From positions 160,001 to 224,000 of the IMG/VR virus record IMGVR_UViG_3300035208_002098: a stretch of 64,000 nt of DNA. One strand, written 5' to 3'. The notes beneath the pieces were generated by a model. The model saw only the letters and a program-made list of their open reading frames with translations, was not told the origin of the DNA and did not search any database. Shown here piece after piece: positions 1 to 8,245 of the stretch. The first letter of the stretch is position 1. Every line of letters starts with the position of its first letter. Position numbers and translations under genes: made by a program. The stretch comes from a virus. Its lineage: Duplodnaviria > Caudoviricetes.

Positions 1-156
1 GCAAAGCATGACAAATCCACTTCTTTCTTCAACTGTTGAACAATCAAAGTTATTAATACTGGCTGCTTTTGTGTAGATATTTTTCATTTCACCTACAAGC
101 AGTTTTGCATCGGCACCGCCTTCAGCATCTCTAAGTTCTAAAAATAGTTTTTTCAT
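1..156 (-). CDS. Peptide chain release factor-like protein (PCRF domain), 5' part only, runs off the window
   Basis: Not in ORF track. Translates MKKLFLELRDAEGGADAKLLVGEMKNIYTKAA..., resembling the RF1/RF2 segment LEIRAGxGGxEAxxFAxxLxRMY. Starts directly at this domain, as PrfH does. GGQ motif not visible in the window. Confidence 0.7.
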   Translation of the reverse strand, partial: MKKLFLELRDAEGGADAKLLVGEMKNIYTKAASINNFDCSTVEERSGFVMLC

Positions 157-190
157 TTGGTGAAATTTTAATTAATTATTAATACAGTTA

Positions 191-277
191 TTATTGTCTA
201 GAATTTATTATCAATATTGTAAATGCAATAACATATGGTGCTGCAATACATATTCCCGTTATAATAGCTGGTGTCAT
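191..277 (-). CDS. 28-aa hydrophobic peptide (MTPAIITGICIAAPYVIAFTILIINSRQ)
   Basis: ATG..TAA with one TM-like stretch and an A-rich leader; fills the gap between the RNA cluster and the RF gene. Confidence 0.4.
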   Translation of the reverse strand: MTPAIITGICIAAPYVIAFTILIINSRQ

Positions 278-294
278 ATTTTTATTTTAAAAAA

Positions 295-348
295 CAGGAA
301 GAACTTTTTTTTCTTAACCATAGAATTTAATTGCTGAACTCTTCCTTT
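295..348 (-). ncRNA. Terminal-stem RNA, CNGCAA family, copy 1
   Basis: Sense TAAAGGAAGAGTTCAGCAATT...AAAAGTTCTTCCTG; 5' and 3' ends pair; both ends identical to 767..830. Confidence 0.6.
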
Positions 349-354
349 ATTTTG

Positions 355-405
355 TGGAAGTGATTGGTATTGCTCCAATATTACGTACTCTCTACGTACA
401 CTTCC
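355..405 (-). ncRNA. D-armless tRNA-like mini-RNA 1
   Basis: GGAAGTG/CACTTCC 7-bp acceptor-like stem plus A, one hairpin TACGTA-GAGAG-TACGTA, 5-bp arm ATTGG/CCAAT with 7-nt loop. Confidence 0.5.
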
Positions 406-410
406 ATTTG

Positions 411-494
411 TTGCGGAGACAGGATTCGAACCTATACTAGCATTAACTGTCTCTTGGTTATGAGCCAAGAATGTTACCCTTACACCACCCCACG
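411..494 (-). tRNA. tRNA-Met (CAT), initiator-like, with 17-nt variable region
   Basis: CGTGGGG/CTCCGCA acceptor with C1:A72 mismatch, anticodon arm CTTGG-CTCATAA-CCAAG, T-loop TTCGAAT. Confidence 0.85.
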
Positions 495-554
495 ATATAT
501 TTTATAAGCTCCCCAAAGTGTGCTTCCAAAGGATAGGCATGGGGAGGATTGTTG

Positions 555-628
555 TAGCGAAGAGTGGACTCGAACCACTGACCTTTAGGTTATGAGCCTA
601 ACGAGCTACCAACTGCTACCACCTCGCA
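555..628 (-). tRNA. tRNA-Met (CAT), initiator-like
   Basis: TGCGAGG/CTTCGCT acceptor with 1:72 mismatch, anticodon arm TTAGG-CTCATAA-CCTAA, T arm AGTGG-TTCGAGT-CCACT; CCA not encoded. Confidence 0.92.
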
Positions 629-695
629 AATTTTTACCTACTGTGTGAACATAAGTTAATAACTTATATCCAGTGAACCAGTTAGGATTTATATG

Positions 696-760
696 TGCCC
701 TTGGGTGATAATGAATCACCAATATTATCTCGTATTGTTACATACAAATAATACAAGGGC
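696..760 (-). ncRNA. D-armless tRNA-like mini-RNA 2
   Basis: GCCCTTG/CAAGGGC acceptor-like stem plus A, one long hairpin, T arm GGTGA-TTCATTA-TCACC. Confidence 0.55.
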
Positions 761-766
761 AAAAAA

Positions 767-830
767 CAGGAAGAACTTTTAAGTTAAATTTTCAATTTTA
801 ATTTTTTTTAATTGCTGAACTCTTCCTTTA
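767..830 (-). ncRNA. Terminal-stem RNA, CNGCAA family, copy 2
   Basis: Same 5' 21 nt and 3' 14 nt as 295..348 with a different interior (AT-rich hairpin, GAAA loop). Confidence 0.6.
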
Positions 831-844
831 TTTATATTTTGTGA

Positions 845-1104
845 CGGAATGACGGTAAACGTTACGATTTAAGTTCTCATATACCTAGTACTGGGATTAA
901 CTCTATCTGAATACCAAACTATTTAACCAATGTTTTAAACTGGGAATATTTAGCCACTTTCATAGTGAGATTACCTTTTTTTTTCTTCATATTAAGGAGA
1001 AGTTTTTAACCTTCTTGTTTCTTAATAGTTAAGAGGACTATAATCAAACCTCTCATTTGCTTTTCATATTTGTGTAATTTTTAATTTGCGGTAATCATTC
1101 CTTA
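845..1104 (-). ncRNA. Terminal-stem RNA, CNGCAA family, copy 3 (long form)
   Basis: 5' TAAGGAATGATTACCGCAAA pairs with 3' TCATTCCG at 845-852; several internal hairpins; no ORF. Confidence 0.5.
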
Positions 1105-1227
1105 CACCTTTTTTATTAATCAATGAACTTTTTGTACTTTATAAATATAACATTAATCGTTAAAATCTAAGTACACTGCAAAATTACTAAAAATTTTTTA
1201 ACTTGTCAAGGTTTTTAGTAATTATTT

Positions 1228-1473
1228 TTAAATTATTTTTTCAACTGAAACCCAAATAACATGAAATGTATTGATATTATGTGTAATACCAGTGACTTTA
1301 TAAAAAGGACCATTAACATCAAAGTATATTTTATCATCTATTACCGGTGATACTTTAAATTTAACATATTCTTTTACAATGATAGGTTTACTATCTTCAT
1401 TTGGTATTATAAGATGAAATATTGGTTTATTACCAGTTAATAATTTATATATTTTATATAAAAATAGTTTCAT
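1228..1473 (-). CDS. Hypothetical protein
   Basis: ORF track 1228..1515; likely start MKLFLY at 1473, just after the upstream stop. Confidence 0.65.
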   Translation of the reverse strand: MKLFLYKIYKLLTGNKPIFHLIIPNEDSKPIIVKEYVKFKVSPVIDDKIYFDVNGPFYKVTGITHNINTFHVIWVSVEKII

Positions 1474-1474
1474 A

Positions 1475-2278
1475 TTATCTTTTAGCTCTTTCAAAGAACA
1501 TTTTATTATTTCCAACGGTTGTTAATAATTCATAACCCATATCAATTGATTTTTCAACATCTTCAATGAAAATAAATTCACGTTTATTAGAGTGTTGGTT
1601 ATAATAACCAGCAAATACGTTTAAACAACATACATCAAAATTACATCTTAATATTGCAACATCTGTATAAGGGTCGTTACTAAAATTATCTACATTATAT
1701 TTTTGAAACACCGGTTTAACTAAATCAAACATTTCATCATTATATAGTTTAATACCGGAACAAAATTCACTACACCAATTATCTGTTGGTGCATCAAATT
1801 CTATGAAATACCCTACCTTATCTAATATAGTTTTATCAGCATTTTTAGAACCTTTACAACCAAACTCTTCTTCAACGAAAAATGCGGCAATTAATTTATC
1901 ACATTTTAATATTAATTCTAAACATATAGCAATACCACATTTATCATCACCACCAATACCATTATTTTCTGCATATAATATAGTTTTAATAGTGTTATCA
2001 AATGTATTTGGTATTTGCGATTCCATAATAACCAATCTATTATTAGTTTCAATCAATGGAAGATGATGTTGGTACACAGTGTCCATATGTGCTGCAATAC
2101 ATGGATAATATTCACCCTCATCTAATGTTCCTTTTATTAGATATACATTACCTATATCATCAACATGGACCACAATGTTATTATCGAATCCAAAGTTTAC
2201 TATAAACTCTCTTATTAATTGTTCACTACCAGTATAAGACGGTAATGACAATAATTCTTTAAATCTATCTTTATTCAT
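1475..2278 (-). CDS. M20/M28-family zinc peptidase
   Basis: AHMDTV, GGDDKCG, VEEEFG and late His motifs; start moved to MNKDRF because the upstream extension overlaps the promoter. Confidence 0.85.
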   Translation of the reverse strand: MNKDRFKELLSLPSYTGSEQLIREFIVNFGFDNNIVVHVDDIGNVYLIKGTLDEGEYYPCIAAHMDTVYQHHLPLIETNNRLVIMESQIPNTFDNTIKTILYAENNGIGGDDKCGIAICLELILKCDKLIAAFFVEEEFGCKGSKNADKTILDKVGYFIEFDAPTDNWCSEFCSGIKLYNDEMFDLVKPVFQKYNVDNFSNDPYTDVAILRCNFDVCCLNVFAGYYNQHSNKREFIFIEDVEKSIDMGYELLTTVGNNKMFFERAKR

Positions 2279-2282
2279 TTGA

Positions 2283-2313
2283 CAAAGATATAACAAAAAA
2301 ATAAGAAATGCAA
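2283..2313 (-). promoter_or_regulatory. Bacteroidota housekeeping-type promoter
   Basis: TTG-N20-TATCTTTG, 4 nt before the ATG. Confidence 0.75.
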
Positions 2314-2384
2314 ATTTACTTTAAATTAATTTGTGATATATTTATATATAACAGATAATAACAATCATTTAAAAATATAAAACT

Positions 2385-2441
2385 ATGTGTGGATGTAAAG
2401 GTGGTAATGGTAAACCAAATGTAAAAGTGGTTAAAAAATAA
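2385..2441 (+). CDS. 18-aa basic Cys peptide MCGCKGGNGKPNVKVVKK
   Basis: Preceded by ATATTTATA (2338-2346) and an A-rich leader, followed by a terminator. Confidence 0.55.
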   Translation: MCGCKGGNGKPNVKVVKK

Positions 2442-2465
2442 TTAAATTATTTATCATTAAAAACT

Positions 2466-2492
2466 AAAAAGGGGTCATAAAACCCCTTTTTT
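2466..2492. terminator. Bidirectional intrinsic terminator
   Basis: AAAAA-GGGGT-cataaa-ACCCC-TTTTTT between tmRNA (-) and the small ORF (+). Confidence 0.85.
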
Positions 2493-2504
2493 CGTTTATT
2501 CTAG

Positions 2505-2870
2505 TGGAGCATCGGGAATTCGAACCCCGGTCTTTCATATTCTTCAATACCTTTCTACATGTTTAGGATAAAGATTTCTATCTTTCCAATATATTCAGTT
2601 TAATATAGCTTCAACTGATACCTACGCTATTGACCCTAGATTAACCACTTGGAACAATTTTAAAGTGGGTTCTTGGTTGTATGCTTCGTATACTTAGGCA
2701 GCTACAGCCTCTCCAGCAAGCACTTCAAAAGAAGCCTCAGCAAGGAAGTTTTCGGAAATATTTAACATATTGCCATTTGAACTTTTAACTACTCGTTTAA
2801 AGTGAATTTAGTTATTTCACTACATGCTTACCACTTACGATTATACAAAATCTAAAGCCAGTTATGCCCC
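2505..2870 (-). ncRNA. ssrA: tmRNA
   Basis: GGGGCAT/ATGCTCC-A acceptor with G3:U70, T arm with TTCGAAT loop, tag ORF 2774..2694 ending AVAA-stop; close to smpB. Confidence 0.95.
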
Positions 2871-2897
2871 ATAAATTAATGAACTCTTTTATAAATA

Positions 2898-2928
2898 CAA
2901 AGATACTATTAAAAAATTAAAAAATCAA
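2898..2928 (-). promoter_or_regulatory. Bacteroidota-type promoter for tmRNA
   Basis: TTG-N20-TATCTTTG. Confidence 0.75.
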
Positions 2929-2933
2929 GTATT

Positions 2934-3146
2934 TTAATCAATTTTATATACGTAAACTGAATCAATTTTATTATTTTTTTCAATAACTAATTCAACTCGA
3001 ATTGGTTTAAGTGGTTCTTTTACTTTTATTTCGTCTGATGAAAATAACCATATACCTAACCAGATAAAACCACATATAATTATTGTTATAACAACACCAA
3101 TACCAATCAAACCTTCAACTAATCCATTCATATTATAATCACTCAT
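2934..3146 (-). CDS. Small membrane protein
   Basis: 70 aa, one N-terminal TM helix. Confidence 0.7.
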   Translation of the reverse strand: MSDYNMNGLVEGLIGIGVVITIIICGFIWLGIWLFSSDEIKVKEPLKPIRVELVIEKNNKIDSVYVYKID

Positions 3147-3583
3147 TATAATACCCTCTCCATTTCTCGTTTAGCATCTTTAAGTTTCAAATCTTCACGT
3201 TTATCGTAACTTTTTTTACCTTTAGCTAAAGCAATTTCTAATTTTAATAAACCCTTATCCGTTGTGAATAAACGTACAGGTACTATTGTTAACCCAGATT
3301 GTTTTACATTATATGAAAGTTTAGATAATTCTTTCTTTGTTAATAATAGTTTCCTATGACGTTTTTCTTCGTGTGCATCACCAAATTTATATTGTGAAAT
3401 ATGTAGTCCGGTGAGCCATAATTCATTATCAATGAATACACAGTAACTATCAACAAAACTAACATTACCATCCCTAATAGCTTTAACTTCGGTACCTATT
3501 AACATTATACCAGCAACATATTTATCTAAGAATTGATAATTAAAAGAACCTTTTTTATTTTGAAGATTTACTGTCGTTTTCAT
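3146..3583 (-). CDS. smpB: SsrA-binding protein SmpB
   Basis: NKKG..AGIMLIGTEVKAIR..RKLLL..LAKGKKSYDKRE; start MKTTVN at 3583. Confidence 0.97.
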   Translation of the reverse strand: MKTTVNLQNKKGSFNYQFLDKYVAGIMLIGTEVKAIRDGNVSFVDSYCVFIDNELWLTGLHISQYKFGDAHEEKRHRKLLLTKKELSKLSYNVKQSGLTIVPVRLFTTDKGLLKLEIALAKGKKSYDKREDLKLKDAKREMERVL

Positions 3584-3584
3584 A

Positions 3585-4289
3585 TTATTTACGTTTTGTA
3601 ATAACCGAATCAATTATACCATAAGTAACTGCTTCTTGACTGGTTAACCATTTATCTCTTTCTGTATCTAACATAACTTCTTCAACTGATTTACCACAAT
3701 ACGATGCAAGTTTTGAAAAAAGTTCTAAGTTAATTTTTTCAGTTTCAATCATAGATATTCTCATATCTTGTATATTTCCTTCACTACCAGAAGACACTTG
3801 ATGTAACATAACTCTACTTGATGGTAAACTAGAACGTTTACCTTTAGTTCCAGCACCTAATAATACAGACCCCATTGATGCTGCCATACCAGTATTAATG
3901 GTTGCAATATCTGATTTAATATAATCCATAACATCAACCATTGATAATCCAGATTTAACACTTCCTCCGGGTGTATCTATATGCATTGTAATATCTTCAT
4001 TATTTACGTTGTCTAGAAACATTAATTGTGCTTGTACAACAGTACTCATAGCGTCATTAACAACACCAGCAATCCATAAAATTCTATCCATCATTAAACG
4101 TGAAAAGATATCCATTTGAGTTACACGCATTTCTCTTTCTTCAAGAATATATGGTGTCATTGATGCTTGTGTATACAATCTTGTTTGAAGTTGTTCCCAA
4201 GCTCTAAATTGCATTTGAGAAACACCTAGATGTCTACAAGCGTAGTTTTTAAATTCTCCGTAATAATCTACATTACTATAATTGTCCAT
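3585..4289 (-). CDS. clpP: Clp protease proteolytic subunit
   Basis: DIFSRLMMDRI, TPGGSV, AASMG (Ser), MLHQ (His); N-terminal extension of the Bacteroidota type. Confidence 0.96.
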   Translation of the reverse strand: MDNYSNVDYYGEFKNYACRHLGVSQMQFRAWEQLQTRLYTQASMTPYILEEREMRVTQMDIFSRLMMDRILWIAGVVNDAMSTVVQAQLMFLDNVNNEDITMHIDTPGGSVKSGLSMVDVMDYIKSDIATINTGMAASMGSVLLGAGTKGKRSSLPSSRVMLHQVSSGSEGNIQDMRISMIETEKINLELFSKLASYCGKSVEEVMLDTERDKWLTSQEAVTYGIIDSVITKRK

Positions 4290-4312
4290 TTAATTTTTAT
4301 TTAAAGTTAATA

Positions 4313-4567
4313 CTATTCTTCATCGTCCATTAAAAACATTGGGGTGTTTTCACCCATATAAGCACCTAATACGTTAAAATCGAAGTATTCCATAGCTTCT
4401 TCAAAACTCATACCGTCTCTTTCAACTAAAATAGAAAGACATTTAGCTTGACTGTATAAAGCTATTGGTCCTAAACCACATCTTTGCACTGCACCTATAA
4501 GTGCATCTTCAAACCCATCAGCCGTTAAGGCATCTGGGTTTAATTCTGCTAATGTTTCGACATCCAT
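4313..4567 (-). CDS. Conserved phage hypothetical protein
   Basis: ADGFEDALIG...EEAMEYFDFNVLGAYMGENTP, a pattern common in large phages. Confidence 0.75.
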   Translation of the reverse strand: MDVETLAELNPDALTADGFEDALIGAVQRCGLGPIALYSQAKCLSILVERDGMSFEEAMEYFDFNVLGAYMGENTPMFLMDDEE

Positions 4568-4788
4568 TATTGTTGTTGTTGTGGTTTACCATCAGGACCT
4601 AAACCTTGTGAAGCATAATATTCGTCTCTAGCTTTCAATTGTGCTAGCGTTTTTTCTTTAGCTTCAACAGCTTTAGCATACATATAATCTCTATCAGTAA
4701 TAGTTAGTGATTTAATTTCGTGCCAAGGCATACCTGTTAATACAAATATATCCCAATTTTTCTCAAAGATTGCTTTTTCGTCTTCCAT
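4567..4788 (-). CDS. Hypothetical protein
   Basis: 73-aa ORF, translationally coupled. Confidence 0.7.
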   Translation of the reverse strand: MEDEKAIFEKNWDIFVLTGMPWHEIKSLTITDRDYMYAKAVEAKEKTLAQLKARDEYYASQGLGPDGKPQQQQ

Positions 4789-4809
4789 TTTAATTTTTTT
4801 ACGGATACG

Positions 4810-5253
4810 TTATTGTTCTGCTGGTGCTTCACCAGCATTTTCTTCATTTTGTTTTTTATCGTATAGTGATTTAATTGATTCAACCGTTCTTTCATACGCC
4901 TCATAACCATATTTTTTCAATATAGTGCTAAATGTATTTACGTCAGGTTTAGCAATAACTACTCTTTCTTTATCACTATCATAACCAATATAAGTTATTA
5001 ATTCGATTGCAACCATTTCTTGCATATCTTCTGGTAATTGTTCGAATATAAGTTGATTTAATATTACAACCACATCAACATCATCACTTAAGTATTTAGT
5101 CAAATCATTTGTTTTAACTACTTTACCTATTTCTTTTTGTCTGTCGTTACCAACAATTTTAATGTTAACTTTTTGTTCTAAATCAGTACAGTTAATTACC
5201 AAATCAAAGATTTTTTCAACATCCTTTTCTAATTCATCAAATTTTTGTCCCAT
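4810..5253 (-). CDS. Hypothetical protein, weakly like putative phage metallopeptidases but without HExxH
   Basis: FEQLPEDMQEMVAIELITYI...IAKPDV. Confidence 0.5.
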   Translation of the reverse strand: MGQKFDELEKDVEKIFDLVINCTDLEQKVNIKIVGNDRQKEIGKVVKTNDLTKYLSDDVDVVVILNQLIFEQLPEDMQEMVAIELITYIGYDSDKERVVIAKPDVNTFSTILKKYGYEAYERTVESIKSLYDKKQNEENAGEAPAEQ

Positions 5254-5310
5254 TTTTTTCTATTTTAATTATTATTATTTACTTAGATTGCAAAAATATA
5301 TATAATATCT

Positions 5311-6324
5311 TTAATTTTCAAGTTTTTCTTGTATTTCTTTTATTTTTTCTAATAATTGACGTTCTTCTGGTGATATTTCCTTTGGCATTAATATATTAAT
5401 TTGGATTAAATAATCCCCACGTTCTGTATTATTAACTATAGTCATACCTTTACCTTTTAAACGCAATATACTTTCATTATCACTATAAGGTGGTACATCT
5501 AATTTAATTGTGGTACCTTCAATTGTTGGAATCTCAATTTTAACACCTAAAATAGCATCAGGATAACTTATTTCTTTAATATATTTTAAATCCGATAACA
5601 CCCTTAAAAACTTTTCATGTTTGAATACATTAATAACAATTATTAAATTACCGCTATCACCATTTTTACATGCATTACCTTTACTATATTTTATCATACT
5701 ATCACCATCACTAATACCAGCTGGTATATTAATAGTTACTTCATCATTGATTGGTACAACACCATTACCGTTACAGGTTTTACATTGTGTTTTATACGTT
5801 TTACCATTACCACCACAATGATTACAAGGATATACATTTTGAACAACACCAACTTGTGTATTATAAACTTCTCTAATGATACCACTACCATGACATACAT
5901 TACAAGTTACTTCATCTTCACCACCAACACCTTTACAATCATTACAACTATCATATCTATTATATTTAAAAGTTTTATTAACACCATTAAATGCTTCTTC
6001 TAAACTTAATTTAATATTTAATCTAATATTTTGGCCGACTGGTCTAGTTTGTTGATTAAATTGTTGACGGAATCGTTCACCCCATTTAACAAAATCATCA
6101 TTATAGCCACCACGATTTGTCTGATGTCCATACTTATCGTAATTAGCTTTTTTATCAGGGTCTTTTAAAACTTCGTAAGCTTCATTAATTTCTTTGAAGG
6201 CATTAGCATCACCACCTTTATCCGGGTGGTGTTCTTTAGCTAAATTACGGTATGATTTTTTAATTTCTTTATCTGAAGCACCATTTTTAAGTCCAAGCAC
6301 TTCATAATAATCTCGTTTAGACAT
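5311..6324 (-). CDS. dnaJ: DnaJ chaperone
   Basis: J domain with HPD, four CxxCxGxG repeats, C-terminal domain. Confidence 0.96.
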   Translation of the reverse strand: MSKRDYYEVLGLKNGASDKEIKKSYRNLAKEHHPDKGGDANAFKEINEAYEVLKDPDKKANYDKYGHQTNRGGYNDDFVKWGERFRQQFNQQTRPVGQNIRLNIKLSLEEAFNGVNKTFKYNRYDSCNDCKGVGGEDEVTCNVCHGSGIIREVYNTQVGVVQNVYPCNHCGGNGKTYKTQCKTCNGNGVVPINDEVTINIPAGISDGDSMIKYSKGNACKNGDSGNLIIVINVFKHEKFLRVLSDLKYIKEISYPDAILGVKIEIPTIEGTTIKLDVPPYSDNESILRLKGKGMTIVNNTERGDYLIQINILMPKEISPEERQLLEKIKEIQEKLEN

Positions 6325-6538
6325 TATTAGTATCTTTTTTTAATAAAACACAATTAATTTTTGTATTACCAAAAAATCTATTATTTAATACACCAATAAA
6401 TTGATTATTTGGATTACTATTCTCATCGAATGGCTTTGATGGTATAGTTGGTAACCCATTACTATCATCTTCGTTTCTAGTGGTGAAATATTCTAACATT
6501 GAATAAAATTCAACACTCTCTTGCAATAATTTTTTCAT
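6317..6538 (-). CDS. Small protein, possible major-capsid-protein fragment
   Basis: FYSMLEYF...FIGVLNNRF resembles the gp23-family LEY...FAGVLNGRY segment; first gene behind a host-type promoter. Confidence 0.4.
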   Translation of the reverse strand: MKKLLQESVEFYSMLEYFTTRNEDDSNGLPTIPSKPFDENSNPNNQFIGVLNNRFFGNTKINCVLLKKDTNNV

Positions 6539-6567
6539 ATTTATTTATGTTTCTATTTATTATTTTA

Positions 6568-6598
6568 CAAAAATACATAAATTAAATGAAACTTTCAA
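6568..6598 (-). promoter_or_regulatory. Bacteroidota-type promoter
   Basis: TTG-N20-TATTTTTG. Confidence 0.7.
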
Positions 6599-6602
6599 GT
6601 TT

Positions 6603-7262
6603 ATGAGGTATAGAATTGTATTAGTTAAAAATAAAATTAAAAAGAAGGTTCTTTTAAAATCAAGTTCATTCGAATTCATTAACAATATGTTTAGAGAATT
6701 ACGAAAGGATAATAAAATTGACATGCCCCAAAAACATATTAACTATAAAGATATAATACCAGTTGAATACGAAATATTATTAATTAAAGAACGTGGTGAA
6801 ACTGATGAAAATAGAATTGTTCGTGATAAATTAGGTAAGTTAGTAGAAGAAAAAAATGATTCACCTAAATGGGTTATAATTGATTCGGCACCGTATCAAC
6901 TAGAAGAAACATTTTGGGTATATGGTTACGATAATAGATTTGAACGATTCACCGTAAGAGATATTATTAAAAAAATATTAATGAAGGGTATTAGGACCAA
7001 GAATGGTACTAAAGAAATTATTGTAGTTAAAAATAAATTAATTATTCGTGGTGATGAATTAGATTTCATTATTTGTAAATGTCCTGATGACTGTCTTAGA
7101 TTACATAATAAACTAAAAGAAATAGCAAAAGATAGTAAAACTAATAAATTACTATTTTTAGGTATAGCATCAGAAAAAACAGCCGGTGATATCTATGACT
7201 TAATCAAAGAGAAAACCGGCTGGAATATGACAAAAATATGGAGAACTACTACTCGTCCTTAA
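6603..7262 (+). CDS. Hypothetical basic protein
   Basis: 219-aa ORF filling the gap between minus-strand genes. Confidence 0.8.
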   Translation: MRYRIVLVKNKIKKKVLLKSSSFEFINNMFRELRKDNKIDMPQKHINYKDIIPVEYEILLIKERGETDENRIVRDKLGKLVEEKNDSPKWVIIDSAPYQLEETFWVYGYDNRFERFTVRDIIKKILMKGIRTKNGTKEIIVVKNKLIIRGDELDFIICKCPDDCLRLHNKLKEIAKDSKTNKLLFLGIASEKTAGDIYDLIKEKTGWNMTKIWRTTTRP

Positions 7263-8187
7263 TATTACCGATATCAAATAATTTTTTAGATGTTTCTAGT
7301 ACTTCAATTACTTTTTGGTAATCTTCTTTACTGATTAATTGTGGATTAATACATTCAACATGTTCATCACCATCAGTTGGTAAGAAAAAAGCTAATGCAT
7401 TAAAATGTCTTTCATCAAATACTTTATCAACAGATTTAGCAAATTGATGTACAATTTCACGATTATTTAATATTTCTCTATCTAGATAAAATACTATCAC
7501 TTTTGGCTCGTTAATGTTTTTTACGTTATTACCTTCAATAGCAAATACTTCATTACGAATTTTATTTAATGTATCTAAATCAATTTCTTTGATTAATTCA
7601 TCTGTAGAGTCAATTAGAGCGATTCTAAGACGTTTTGACCACTCAAGGCGTGTTACGTTAACACCATGGATGAAATACTCTCTTAAATCACCTATTTCGA
7701 TTACTGGACCAGTTAAAGAATGGAATTCTAAATTATCATCGATGTCGTAAAATTTTTCAGGCTTTTCGATAAGTATTAATTCATCTTCTAATTCAATAAA
7801 CCCAAATATATTAAACATTACATCATAAAGTAAGTCAAATTGTTTATGTTTAGAATCATAAATTTCAAACATAGTTTTATTTACCTCGGTTACATCGTGA
7901 GCTAATAAATTAATGAATGTTGTGTAGAAATACACCCAATTTATGTTACCTATGGTTGTTATGATTTCAGTTTCCTCAAAAAATTCATTTTTAACATCGG
8001 TAAGTGTGTACCAAGTTATATGTGGTAATGGTTTATCCATAGCATTATATAATTCGGTAATCCGAGTAGTTATATCTGGTTTTGTAAGTATAACTGATTT
8101 ATTACTCAAATAAAGTTCCATTTCTTGTTTGTAATCACTTGAATACGTATTAAAGTAATTCCTAAAATGTTTGTCGTGTATTTTCAT
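7249..8187 (-). CDS. Two-domain hypothetical protein; C-terminal part resembles a portal-protein segment
   Basis: N-part ends FHSLTGPVIE..YFIHGVNV; C-part VIVFYLD...FFLPTDGDEHVECINP. Confidence 0.55.
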   Translation of the reverse strand: MKIHDKHFRNYFNTYSSDYKQEMELYLSNKSVILTKPDITTRITELYNAMDKPLPHITWYTLTDVKNEFFEETEIITTIGNINWVYFYTTFINLLAHDVTEVNKTMFEIYDSKHKQFDLLYDVMFNIFGFIELEDELILIEKPEKFYDIDDNLEFHSLTGPVIEIGDLREYFIHGVNVTRLEWSKRLRIALIDSTDELIKEIDLDTLNKIRNEVFAIEGNNVKNINEPKVIVFYLDREILNNREIVHQFAKSVDKVFDERHFNALAFFLPTDGDEHVECINPQLISKEDYQKVIEVLETSKKLFDIGNIKDE

Positions 8188-8203
8188 ATATTTTAAATTT
8201 ATT

Positions 8204-8234
8204 CAAAAATACTAAAAATTATTAACACTTTCAA
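8204..8234 (-). promoter_or_regulatory. Bacteroidota-type promoter
   Basis: TTG-N20-TATTTTTG. Confidence 0.7.
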
Positions 8235-8245
8235 GTTATTATAAC

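Noticed and set aside
274-468. 64-aa ORF from the track
   Set aside because: Overlaps a tRNA and structured RNAs on the same strand
295-830. CRISPR mini-array from the repeated AGGAAGAGTTCAGCAATT
   Set aside because: Only two identical copies about 470 nt apart with tRNAs between them, no regular spacers and no cas operon; the PD-(D/E)xK gene at 28490 is a typical stand-alone phage exonuclease
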